Of a stretch of DNA of 31,059 nt, positions 12,964-23,402 are shown piece by piece. Location: the NCBI GenBank assembly GCA_001179505.1, contig CDMY01000683.1, forward strand, positions 1 through 31,059, given 5' to 3'. The position numbers and the translations under genes were made by a program. The stretch comes from Vitrella brassicaformis CCMP3155. Its lineage: Eukaryota > Protista > Chromerida. Each line of letters begins with the position of its first letter. Position 1 is the stretch's first letter. The notes under the pieces were generated by a model. That model saw only the letters and a program-made list of their open reading frames with translations, was not told where the DNA came from and did no database searches.

Positions 12964-13475
12964 TGCACAGCGCTCTCGAGACTGGGGGCAGCTTGCGAGC
13001 TCGGCCTCTTGCCCCCGCACGCGAAAAGATCCCGCCGGTCCGCTTCCGACCCGACCACGACGAGGCCAACAATAGCTAACCTGCGCCCCCCCCCCCCCCT
13101 GCGGCGAACGCTTTTCTGACACGTTTTGTCGCGGATTTACAATTTTCGGTTGTGTACGGTGTGCAGGGTGAGAGCGATCGGCTTCGGTTCATCGGGTTTT
13201 CTTGTGTCCTTCCTTCGCACCCTTATCGCACCTGTTATCGCATCATCAGTCTGTGACTGTCTGTAGCAAGCCTTTTCCTCCCGTACATCCTTCCATACCC
13301 TACCCTACCTTCCATCTCGTGAGTGCGTGTGCGTGTGCGTGTGCGTGTGCGTGGAGGAGGCCTCGAGCGTGAAGCAGAGTCTAGTTGGTGTGCGTGTGCC
13401 TGAGTGAGCGTGTCGAAGTGAGTGCATTCATTCCCCTTGTTTGCCCTTTCCTTTGCCTTTGCTGTCATCAAGAGG
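12964..13475. promoter_or_regulatory. Divergent (probably bidirectional) promoter/5'UTR region between CFAP74 and the gene at 13476
   Basis: About 510 nt separate two outward-facing ATGs. It contains a poly-C run (~13086-13099) and a T-rich stretch (~13110-13210). Confidence 0.55.
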
Positions 13476-15458
13476 ATGATGCTGTCGAGCAACGCTTCGC
13501 ACGATGAGGAAATCGCCGTCAGCGACATCCACACCACAGGTACACACACACACACTCACACACACACACACGCACTGCACGCATTCGTTCTGCCAACGTA
13601 TGTTTGTATGCGCCGTTCTCCCCACATGCAGGCCCCCTCACCAGCAGCAACGGCAAGCAGCGCCAGAACGGCACAAATCGTTTTTTAGCGTGGCTGTCGG
13701 TGGCTCTCACTGTCGCCCTCATAGCCGTATCGGCAGCACTCACCGGTGCGTACGGACATACCCATGGGCGCGTGAATGTGCACATGTGCGCGCGCGTGTG
13801 TGTGCAGTGGTGTGTCTGGGTGCTGCTGGGGGCAACAGCAAGGAGGCTGCACGCGTCAACCAGACCGGTGCGTACCCGCCCCCAGCTTTCCCCGCTGTGC
13901 CCTCATCGAGCACCGAGCCCATCGGTCAGTCAGTCCAGTCGGCAGATGCACCACACACAAGTGCGCTCCTTCCGTCACATTGTGTGTGTTACGTAGGCAT
14001 GATGTCCATCCCTGACCTGTACGAGGCCAACATGGAGGAGATATCATCCTTCGGCGCACTCACCATGCAGGCGCGGCCACACGCACACCCACCGAGACGA
14101 ACACTCAGTCATGGATGCGTGTGTGTTTGTCAATGAGTGAGTGCAGCTGTTGGGTGGGCGAGACGGCTGGTTCGGTGTCATCTCTGCCCAACAGGACGAG
14201 AGGACAGGTGGGCAGACACCCACCATACATAACATAACATAGCCCACACATACCAATGGGGATGGGTATGTGCGTCTCCCCATGCACCCAGGCAATGTCA
14301 TCGTCTTGCTGACACCGTCTGCCCCACTGAGCGAGGTATACACTTTCCACTCGTCCGTCCGTCCGTCCATCCATCCATCCATTCGTGTCTGTCTGTCTGT
14401 CTGTCTGTCTGCCCACGCACAGGATGAGATATATCGTCTGGATCAGGAGACTCAGGAGGAGTGGAACGAAATCGTAAGTGCAGTGCAAACATGTGGTGCT
14501 TCCGAACAGGCCTGCCTCGATGAATGTGCGAACAAACAGGACTGCGACCCTCTGATCGAGAAACTCGCCCCCTGGACACTCACCGTCGAGAAAGGTACGT
14601 AAGTGTCTGAGCCACTCTTCTTTGCTGCTTGGTTGGCAAATGTGTGTGTCTTTTCAGCTTCGGCGAGCGTTGCGGACGGCTGTGGCCGCACACAGGGCGT
14701 TGTGGAGGTGAGGACACACACTTGTATGCAGGCAGGCACACACACTCACACATGTCTGTGTTGCGCCGTAATGTGTGTGTATATCAGTGGCAACCTGAGC
14801 AGCCTGAAGCAGACGCAAACCAACTGAGTGCGTGTTGACGATAAACACATGGACGACGATCCACACCTGGTCTGTGCTGTGCAGGTGCTGACAAGAAGCC
14901 CCGCATCGGTGCCGAGGAGGGCGGCTCCAGCAGCAGCGACAAGGGCGATGACCAGCAAGAAGACGACGGAGGTAACATAACAGAGGGAGAGACAGAGACA
15001 TGCCTGACTGACACGGCTTTGTGCTGTGTGAGTGTGTGTGTTTGTAGGGGATCGGCGTCGTTTGGGTCAGTACAGGTCTAAGGTCGGCAAGCTGTGTCTC
15101 GTGCAGTCCTGCGGCGGTATCACCTGTAAGTGACCACCAGTGCACCACTCCACGACGCCACACCGGCGACACACACCACACACGTTGTGTGTTGTCTGTC
15201 TGTCTGTGCATTGCAGTCAGGCTGAACCCCTACCTTGACGCACAGAGGCCCTACCTCGGGATGGCCTACAATCCCTACCCCTACAGCCAAGCAGTGGCAG
15301 CAGCGGGGGCCCCGCCCCCGGTGCAGTACGTCCAGCCGGTGGTCAACGGGGGTGCGGCGGGCAATGCCATCGGCGCCCCTGGCACTGGCGTGGCGCCACT
15401 TGGGAGCGGCATTGGTGAGGTGCCGGGCAGCGTCCCCGCCGGAATCGGCGGGCCTTAG
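13476..15458 (+). CDS. Hypothetical membrane-anchored/secreted protein (about 11 exons)
   Basis: Exons stitch in phase: MMLSSNASHDEEIAVSDIHTT / GPLTSSNGKQRQNGTNRFLAWLSVALTVALIAVSAALT (hydrophobic helix) / GMMSIPDLYEANMEEISSFGALTMQ / LLGGRDGWFGVISAQQDERTG / NVIVLLTPSAPLSE / DEIYRLDQ...TCGASEQACLDECANKQDCDPLIEKLAPWTLTVEK / ... / GDRRRLGQYRSKVGKLCLVQSCGGIT / RLNPYLDAQRPYLGMAYNPYPY...GIGGP*. No family recognised. Confidence 0.75.
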
Positions 15459-16651
15459 ACGAGATGCCATGAGAGAGAGGTCCGTGCAGTGTCAGTGTCA
15501 GTGTGTTTGTGTGTGGAGTTGGTCTCGTGTGGTCTATCTAGTACTCGCCTTTTTATTGTGTGTCGATACGGTATGGGATCGATGAGGTGGATGACGCAAT
15601 CGTGTGCCTTGTGTGGTTTTGTTTTCCTTTGTGTGAAGCAAGGCGGCCGCACAGAGAGCCACAAAGCCACACAGAGAGCATTGCGTGTATGCTATGTAGC
15701 CCTGCCATGCGTGTGTGTATTTTCTTACCACCCGATGGGAGTAGGTGCTTGTCGATTGTGGCGGATGAGATGAGTGTGAGTGCGTGATATACTATATATG
15801 CCTGCCTCCCTCCCCGCCCCCTCTGTGTCAGTCGTGCGTGAGACACAACGTGTGTGCATACGCGTGTGTGTGCATGGGGGTGCGTACGAGGGATCGCACA
15901 GAGAGACTGTCTGACCTCTGAGTGAGTGAGTGGGTGAGACCTTTTTCAGTTTCTTCAACCAAAGCCACACGGTCGATCGACGATCGATGCAGACAAGCTC
16001 ATGGACACAGGCAGATCACAGCAGTGACACCTGTCAGCAGTACAAACAACGTATGCGCTTCCCGATCGACGCACAGACAGACAGACAGACAGACGGGCTA
16101 CCGCACACACAGCACACCCCTCCATGTGGCACACGCACGAAGACAAAATTAGCAGGCCCCACGTATAATAGGGCCTTAACAAGCACCCCAGCCATCCCCG
16201 CGTTCGCCTGCAATGGGAAAAAAGCCTCCCAGCACAACGACCCGATTTACTTGCAAGCTTAGACGTGCAACAGCCACTCACTCGACTAGGAGGGGGGCGG
16301 GAGAGAGGGAGGGGTACAGGTGCGGATCGTTTGTATGATGCGTCACAGTCCATCCGTCGTGGATGCGCATGCGTGTGTGTGTGCGCTGGCCATACATGTC
16401 GAAAGCGAATTAACGTCATGTCAACACGCGCACGCACTCAAACAAACAATACAGCAATCCATCCATCCATCTATCCCCATTACAGCCCATCACTGTCGTC
16501 GAAGGTCACCCGTGGGCGGGAGGCACGCACCGAGCACTCACACACTGCATGGTTTCGTCCATCAGACGCGGTCTGTCTGTCTGTCTGTCTGTCTGTCCGC
16601 TGACCGATGAGGAAGACAGTGAGGAACTCTCTTCTGCCTCCCTTGACCAAT

Positions 16652-18094
16652 TCACCTCTCAACCCGTTCCCACCACACTGTGTCTCCCAGGTCATCCCCC
16701 AACACACCCATCACGGCAACACGCGTGCGGTCATGCGGGGCCGACTCGGTCGTGAAGATGACAATCTTTCGTGCATCATCATCCCCATCCCCTCTCTCTC
16801 TCGCCAGCCAAATCGCTGCCATCTTCCCCTCGTCGATCGCCTCACTCCCCAAGACCACCAGCCGCTCATGGCGTGCCCCCTCACGCTTCTTGTCGAAGAT
16901 CGTCACCCCTGGCCCCCACTGTGCCACTCCGTTGTTGTTGTGAGAGGCCATCAGCAGCTCATTTACACGACGGTATGCGGCGGAAGAAGGGCAGAAACAC
17001 CACAACCACCGGATGCGCCGGAGGTTCTGGTTTTGGCGGCCGCGACGGAGCCAATCGACCAGGACGAAAGCCACCATCGACGAGTAAGTGCAATACGTCC
17101 AGCTGTCCATCTGCGTGGGCCGGTCGGCGGGGTCAAACGTGTCAGGAAAAAGTGGGCTGGGACTGGCGATACAGGAGGGCAGACGGTATTCGTAGTGCCA
17201 CGAGTCGAGAATCTTGATGCCGGACATCAGACGTATCTGTTGTCCTCCACTATGGAAAGTCAACCCCCGGCTGAGTATCTTCCACTGGCGGACCGCCTCG
17301 CTCCGGCCGACGAAGGCCGTCCGGCTGCCGAACACGCTGAGGTAATCATGCCGCAGCACCAACGGCACCTTGCCGCAAAGGTGATAGAGTAGCTGCAGAT
17401 GCGGCCGACACCTTGCCCAATCGCCACCATACTCCAGCGTGAACAGCAGCCGGGTCAGCTGCTCGACAACGGCACTGGTGGCCCCGCCCTGGGTCAGCTG
17501 GTAAAGGGGCACCTGCACCAGGCCGCCAAAGATAGTGGCCACCATGAAGGGCAGCAGTCGTGTGAGGATGGGCAAGAGGACGGCGGCGGTGAATTGTGTG
17601 GGATGGGCGTCGATGAGGGCCTCCAGCTGCGAGTAGCTCTTGACGTACTCGGCGATGGTGATTGCGAGGTGCTGCGGCACATCAGCGGCACTGATGGCGC
17701 GCTCAACTGGCACACACACACACAGACACAAACATATAGACAGCGGTTTCAGGCACATTATGCATTGCTTCTGCGAACCATTGATGGTGCCGTTCATGAG
17801 TGTGACGATGAGGAGGGCGGGGGGCGGGCGAGAGGTGACAAACACCTGATAGTTGAGGTGGCCGTACCTACACACACACGCAGAGAGAGAGAGAGAGAGA
17901 GCTGCACTGACTGTGTGTGTTGTCTAACCATTCACGGCATCGATGCTGTCTGTGTGTCCGTACCAGGTTGGTGGGTTGTCCCAGGACCCTCGCCCGTCGT
18001 GCATGACGAATTCCATCCCGCCGCTCTCATCAGGGACCTCAACACGAACCTTCACCCAGCCGCGCCCAACGCCCTGGTCACCGAGGGTAAGCAC

Positions 18095-18125
<31 letters not shown>

Positions 18126-18284
18126 CATGCACACACTCAATGTACGCGGACTGATTCCCTCCGACCCCTTTGTGTGTGCCTTGCGGACCTTCATGTGGAC
18201 GTCCCGCCATGTGCCTTGTCCGTGAGGACAGTAGTGCACCGCACAATTGGGCCAGCCCGTTTGGTATCGCAACTCAATCAGCAT
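16652..18284 (-). CDS. Family A protein, copy A2, with N-terminal CBM25-like starch-binding module
   Basis: Exons 18284-18180, 18073-17964 and 17867 onward join in phase (0, then TG|G = Trp) into the open frame of ORF 16652-17875. The N-terminus reads MLIELRYQTGWPNCAVHYCPHGQGTWRDVHMKVRK-GVGRGWVKVRVEVPDESGGMEFVMHDGRGSWDNPPTWYGHLNYQV, followed by the family A domain. Confidence 0.75.
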
Positions 18285-18525
18285 CCGATTCGCTCGACAA
18301 CCGACACAACAAACGGATCGTCAGCCTGTCAAGAACACACCGCGTGAACACACGCTGATGATGCACGCCCTCTTCTCTCTGTAGATGTACCTCTGTCTGC
18401 CACCGGCAAAGATCAACAACGCAATGAGGTATCTCAAACCTGCCACAAACACACAGAAAACACACACAGTGGCATCGCTGACCCTGTGATCCCCCTCCGG
18501 CTTGTCCTCCCTTTACACCTCGTCC

Positions 18526-18636
18526 TCAGATCAGCTGCAGCCAGAGCGATGATGCCGACATCTGTGCCGATTGATACCATCACAGCGCGTCTTTGTGTAT
18601 GTCACACAGACCCACCACCGCCCTGTTGGCACCGGA
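18526..18636 (+). promoter_or_regulatory. Conserved intergenic element E, copy 2 (between divergent A2 and B2)
   Basis: Near-identical to the reverse complement of 840-953. Confidence 0.6.
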
Positions 18637-18839
18637 ATGCGAAAAAAAGGGGAAGCCCGCAGGCAGGCCCACGAATTGCGCCAACTTAGCTCGCAGGCCG
18701 ATCCGGGCGAGCAGAAAACTGGGTTTGTTGGTTGCGCTGTCAACTATGTTTGTGTGGATGCAGATCTCTCTCACAGGCACGCCACGCTGAAGCTCATTCA
18801 GCCGCTGGCCTTTCATGTGCTGACTGAGTGATTGTGGCG

Positions 18840-19879
18840 ATGTCTGATTCGTTGCCCGACGACCTGTGGCGCCGGCGCATTCTGCCGTCCCTTCTCGTCC
18901 ATGAGGCGGTCTGTGTCCGAGCGACCTGCCGGGCGAAGGCGGCTCTAGTGACGACCGCTGTGCTGCTGATGGAGCGCATCGACGGCTCCCTCGCCCGCCG
19001 CTCCCTCACCGGCCTCATCGACATCGACCGCACCGCCCCTCTCCCATTCACCTATGTGCTGCGGGCGGCCTATGTGCTGGAGCAGGGCAGCAACGAGTGG
19101 CCTGGGATGGGGCGGTTCATCCGGCTGGCCGCCATCTATCGGCTGACGCCTGCCAACGGGCTGCCCCTGGTGCTGTCGGCTCAGTGGCTGACAGCCCACC
19201 TTCCCAGCAGGACGGCATTCCACCAGCTGCCATTGGCGATGGCCATCTATCGGCTGTTCGGCCACCTGCTCACACACAACACACACAGCCTGGCGCTGCA
19301 GCCGGCCGACAACGGACACTATCGGATTGGCAACATGACCTTTCGTGTGGTGCCGTTGGGTGAGCTGCCGGGCGGCCATCCTTATGCTGACGGCTACAAG
19401 AGGACCGATCCCGCCATCCGACGGGGCGGCAACCTCTACCCCTCCTTCTCGGCAGCATTCCTGCTTGAGAGGCTGCTCGTCAGGTGGTGGGATGGAGAGG
19501 GGGTGGGTCAGAGGCTGGTGCTCACTTCACACATCGGCCGTGATGACGCTCGCTATGGCCGTCTGCTGAGGACTGACTCCATCACAGAGGATCTGGGCAT
19601 CGTCGCCGACTGGCGTTACGACCGGGGCGATCTGGATGCTGCTGGTGCGACTGACTGTCGTCGTGTGGTAGTGAGCGGCTTCAGACCAGGCGAGACCGTC
19701 GCTGCCCATCTGAGGGTGACGCCGGGCTGCATCCAGCTGTACACTATGAGCCATCTGCTGCCAATAGGTCTGCATCACTCGCCCACCGCTTTCCCATCTC
19801 GGAGCCCGTGTGGCGCCGTGTGCTGCGGCGGTACAATCTGGAGAGTGACGTCATCGACAGGGGGACGGTGATGTGGTGA
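18840..19879 (+). pseudogene. Family B copy B2, F-box-like N-terminus, apparent 1-nt deletion near 19746
   Basis: ATG 18840 gives MSDSLPDDLWRRRILPSL... The body aligns with B3 (LE.GS.EW..MGRF.R.A.IYRLTP, AFHQLPL.MAIY, QADNG.YRIGN, DYRDDRGDL). After TACACTA the B3-homologous tail (EPSAANRSASLAHRFPISEPVWRRVLRRYNLESDVIDRGTVMW*) lies in another frame and ends at TGA 19877-19879. An assembly error cannot be excluded. Confidence 0.7.
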
Positions 19880-20118
19880 GGGTGCTGCTTGGCGATTGAT
19901 GTTGCGTGTGTCGCTGGCCGGGCAGTATGTGTGTGAGTAGTGGAGGGGGAGGAGGGCCTTTAAAGGATGGATGACGGTCACTCTCGCTTGTGTGTGTGTG
20001 TGTGTGTTAGACTCAGAGCCTTCATGGCATCGCTTTTGTGAATGAGTTGATGACCGAATGACCTCGCGTCTGTGTCGGTTCATTTCACCAGTCGTAGAGG
20101 AATGCGTCTCCATGATAA

Positions 20119-20419
20119 NNNNNNNNNNNNNNNNNNNNNNNNNNNNNNNNNNNNNNNNNNNNNNNNNNNNNNNNNNNNNNNNNNNNNNNNNNNNNNNNNN
20201 NNNNNNNNNNNNNNNNNNNNNNNNNNNNNNNNNNNNNNNNNNNNNNNNNNNNNNNNNNNNNNNNNNNNNNNNNNNNNNNNNNNNNNNNNNNNNNNNNNNN
20301 NNNNNNNNNNNNNNNNNNNNNNNNNNNNNNNNNNNNNNNNNNNNNNNNNNNNNNNNNNNNNNNNNNNNNNNNNNNNNNNNNNNNNNNNNNNNNNNNNNNN
20401 NNNNNNNNNNNNNNNNNNC
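20119..20419. other. Assembly gap (~300 N)
   Basis: Run of N. Confidence 0.98.
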
Positions 20420-20644
20420 CACACACACACACACACCACGTCCATGGGAATCGATCTGACAAATAGTGAACTGAACCGAACCGACGTCTCTTGGCATGGT
20501 GTTGGTACACAAATCACACAGAACGGCCACCACACTCAGGCAGACTTGAGGCGTTTGTGTGTGTGCTGAACGGCTGCCTCTTCCCTTCAAATTTGCCGCA
20601 ACATTTACTTGTTTCCGTCCTTTGACCATTCACCATCCCCCCTT

Positions 20645-20794
20645 TCACCATCCATTCACCGTTACCCGGCACACCACCGTGTCCGCCAGGTGCGAGCGGT
20701 CGTCGGTGACCGACTCGGTGGTGTATATGTATATGTCAACGTAGCATCGACCGTGTCGCACATCGCCCTCGCCCGTCGCCTCACTGCCCAAGAC
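20645..20794 (-). pseudogene. Degenerate remnant of a family A C-terminus
   Basis: Translates to VLGSEATGEGDVRHGRCYVDIYIYTTESVTDDRSHLADTVVCRVTVNGW*, which retains the VLGSE..EG and YTTES..DDR motifs of family A. Confidence 0.55.
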
Positions 20795-20801
20795 TGACTC
20801 T

Positions 20802-20863
20802 TCAGATCAGCTGCCAGTCAGAGAGATGATGGCAAGATGCATCGAGATCGATAGCCTCTCAGC
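20802..20863 (+). repeat. Diverged partial copy of element E (copy 3)
   Basis: TCAGATCAGCTGCCAGTCAGAGAGATGATGGC...GATCGATAGCCTCTCAGC versus TCAGATCAGCTGCAGCCAGAGCGATGATGCC...GATTGATACCATCACAGC at 18526. Confidence 0.55.
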
Positions 20864-22908
20864 AGGTCCCATGAAGCCACGCTGTCATCCAACCGACTCT
20901 CGTGCTCCATCCGCCACACCTTGCCCCCCAGCTGCCGCCCCAGTACTCTCATGACGGCATTGCGCGTCCTGTCGTGAGGGACAGACTCCGTCGTGTACAC
21001 TTTGACAAACATTCCTTTCCCAGCCCGGAAATCCACAAAGTAAATGACTGCGGTATTCGCCCCTCCCATCACCTCACTCCCCAGCACCACCAGCTGCCAA
21101 CGCCATCGACCCGCCCAGCTCTTTTCGAACACCGCCACCCCCGGCCCCCACTGTGACGCATCGCTGTGAGGGGCCGCCAGCAGCTCACGCGCACGCCGGT
21201 GTCCGAAAGAAGCCGGAGAGAAAGACCACCCGTTTTTGATCCAACGGGTAGTACTATCGTCGCCTCGAACAAGCAAGCCGCGGAGCCAGTCGAAGAGAAC
21301 GAAGGCCACCATCGATGTGTAGGTGGGGTGCACTTCGCTGTCCAGCTGTGTGGGCCGGTCGGCGGGGTCGAATGAATTCGGAAAGACGGGGCTGGACGAG
21401 ATGAGCAGGGAGGGGCGGCTGGACCAGACAGTCTTACGGCAGAGAATCTTGTCGCCGTCCATCAGCAGTCTCTCTTGGCCGTTGTCATTCACAGTCACCC
21501 CTCGGCTGATTATCTTCCACTGGCGGACCGCCCCTCTTTTGCCAAAGAAGGCCGCCCGTCTGCCGAACACGCCGACAACGACGAAAGACAATCTGCGCAC
21601 TGCTGTTGGCAGAGACACTCAGGCACCGAGCCAGCCATTCACCGCCATCGTGCCGCTCCCGTCACACTTCACTCAGCAGGTGCTCCCCCAGCAAACCCAT
21701 CGCCGCACTGCGCGTCTGGTCGTGCGGGGCAGACTCGGTCGTCGTGACATCAACAAATTGGTGATCGTCCCAATCGTCCAGCCGAATGACCGCCACGTTT
21801 CCCTCAACGACCGCCTCACTGCCCAGCACCACCAGCCGCTCATGGCCCTCACTCCACCGGGGTTTCCTGTCGAACACGGCCGCCCCCGCCCCCCACTGCG
21901 CCGCATCGCTGGGACGGGTCGCCAGCAGCTGACACACACGCCGGAATGCAGCAGAGGAATGTGACCAGTCCTCGATGCGACAAATGTAGTAGTCGCGCTT
22001 GACCAGGAGAACAGGACGAATGCCACCATCGATGAGTAGGTGGCGTATGTCCAGGCCATCAGCTCTGTGGGCGGATCGGCGGGGTCGAATGCATTGGGGA
22101 AGAGGGGGCTGGGTGCGGCGAGGATGGTCGGGAGGCGCCAGGCCCAGCCAGCGTGGAGGCGAATGTAGTTGCCGTACATCAGGCATATCTGTTTGCCTAG
22201 ATCACGGAAAGTCGCCACACGGCTAAGAACCCTCCTCTGCTGGACCGCCTCGCTCTCGCCGATGAAGGCCTCCCGGCTGCCGAACGCGCTGAAATGCTCA
22301 TCGCCCAGCACCACTGGCCGCTTCCGGCGCATGTGATACAGCAGCTCCAAATGAGGCCGCCACCTCGACAAACCGCCGCCACCCTCCAGCATCTTGAGAT
22401 GGCGGCTCAGCTGCTCGATGGCGACTGCCATGCGGCAGCCGTGGCTGAGCGCCGCAGGAAGCGGCAGCCGGGGGATGACCCTCATCAGGAATGAGCCGAG
22501 GCCGACAATGGGCAGCAGCACGCCCAATACACGCATGAGGAGGGGCAGGAGAAATCGGCTGAGGGCGCCGCGACGAAGGGACGAGGCCATCGGAGCAGCA
22601 GCCGCCACGTCCATGGCCAGCTGAGGAATGGGTACCTCCACGAGAGCACCAAAGACGGCTTCCACAACGACGGGTAGCAGTCGGATGAGAATGTGTAGGA
22701 TGACGGTGGGGTTAAATTGTGTGGGGTGGGCGTCGATGAGGGCCGCCAGCTGTGAGTAACTCCTGACGTACTCGGCAACTGTTGGCGCGAGATCTTGCGG
22801 CACGTCAGAGACGCTAATGCCGCACTCATGCTTCTCCTGCTGCTGGTGCTGCTGGTGGTTGGCAAACGACGCTGTGCTGGTACCTGCCCAACAGACCGCC
22901 ATACTCAC
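20818..22908 (-). pseudogene. Family A copy A3 with two tandem A domains, disrupted
   Basis: ORFs 21673-22908 and 21662-22186 are one A domain split by a 1-nt deletion near 22002 (W-[L]KRDYY). TGA at 21662-21664 sits where other copies have Trp (KVWR). A second frame break near 21575 leads into a second A domain (ORF 20818-21618). A possible upstream exon starts at ATG 23043 (MSAAAAAADGVGPS). Confidence 0.75.
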
Positions 22909-23341
22909 AAACCTGTGTGCCTCCGGATTGTGTCACTGTGCAGCCTCCCTGTTAACTTCAGCTGCCGACGCAGATGACGATGAGGATGCCTCGTCAGCTA
23001 TAGAGGGACCGACTCCATCAGCAGCAGCAGCAGCAGCCGACATCTGCACACCCACAAACAGAAACGTCACGAACATCATGGGAGCGAATGAGTGAATGTG
23101 TGGCGCCTCATCGATCTGTGAACATCCGAGCGGCTTTCTTTGCCTTCCGCACCTCAGTCGGCGGCTTGGCTGCCCCTGGTGGGCTCAGATACCTGCGGTG
23201 GAGTGCTCTCCTCCTCTTTCTCTCAACCGCACCAACACGACGGAGAGTGCCGGAAATCTGCCACAACCACACAGAAACCACACCGGTTGTCATTGCTGAT
23301 GTCATCAGGCCCTCCTGCCTGCCCTCTCTCACCTCAACTCG

Positions 23342-23402
23342 TCAGATCAGCGCCGCTCAGAGAGGAGGGTGGCACATCTGTGATCGATATCATCTCGGCA
23401 GC
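23342..23402 (+). promoter_or_regulatory. Diverged copy of element E (copy 4, between divergent A3 and B3)
   Basis: TCAGATCAGC...CAGAGAGGAGGGTGGCACATCTGTGATCGATATCATCTCGGCAGC, colinear with copies 1 and 2. Confidence 0.5.

Noticed and set aside
19968-20510. ORFs spanning the N runs (also 26852-27745)
   Set aside because: Artefacts of assembly gaps.
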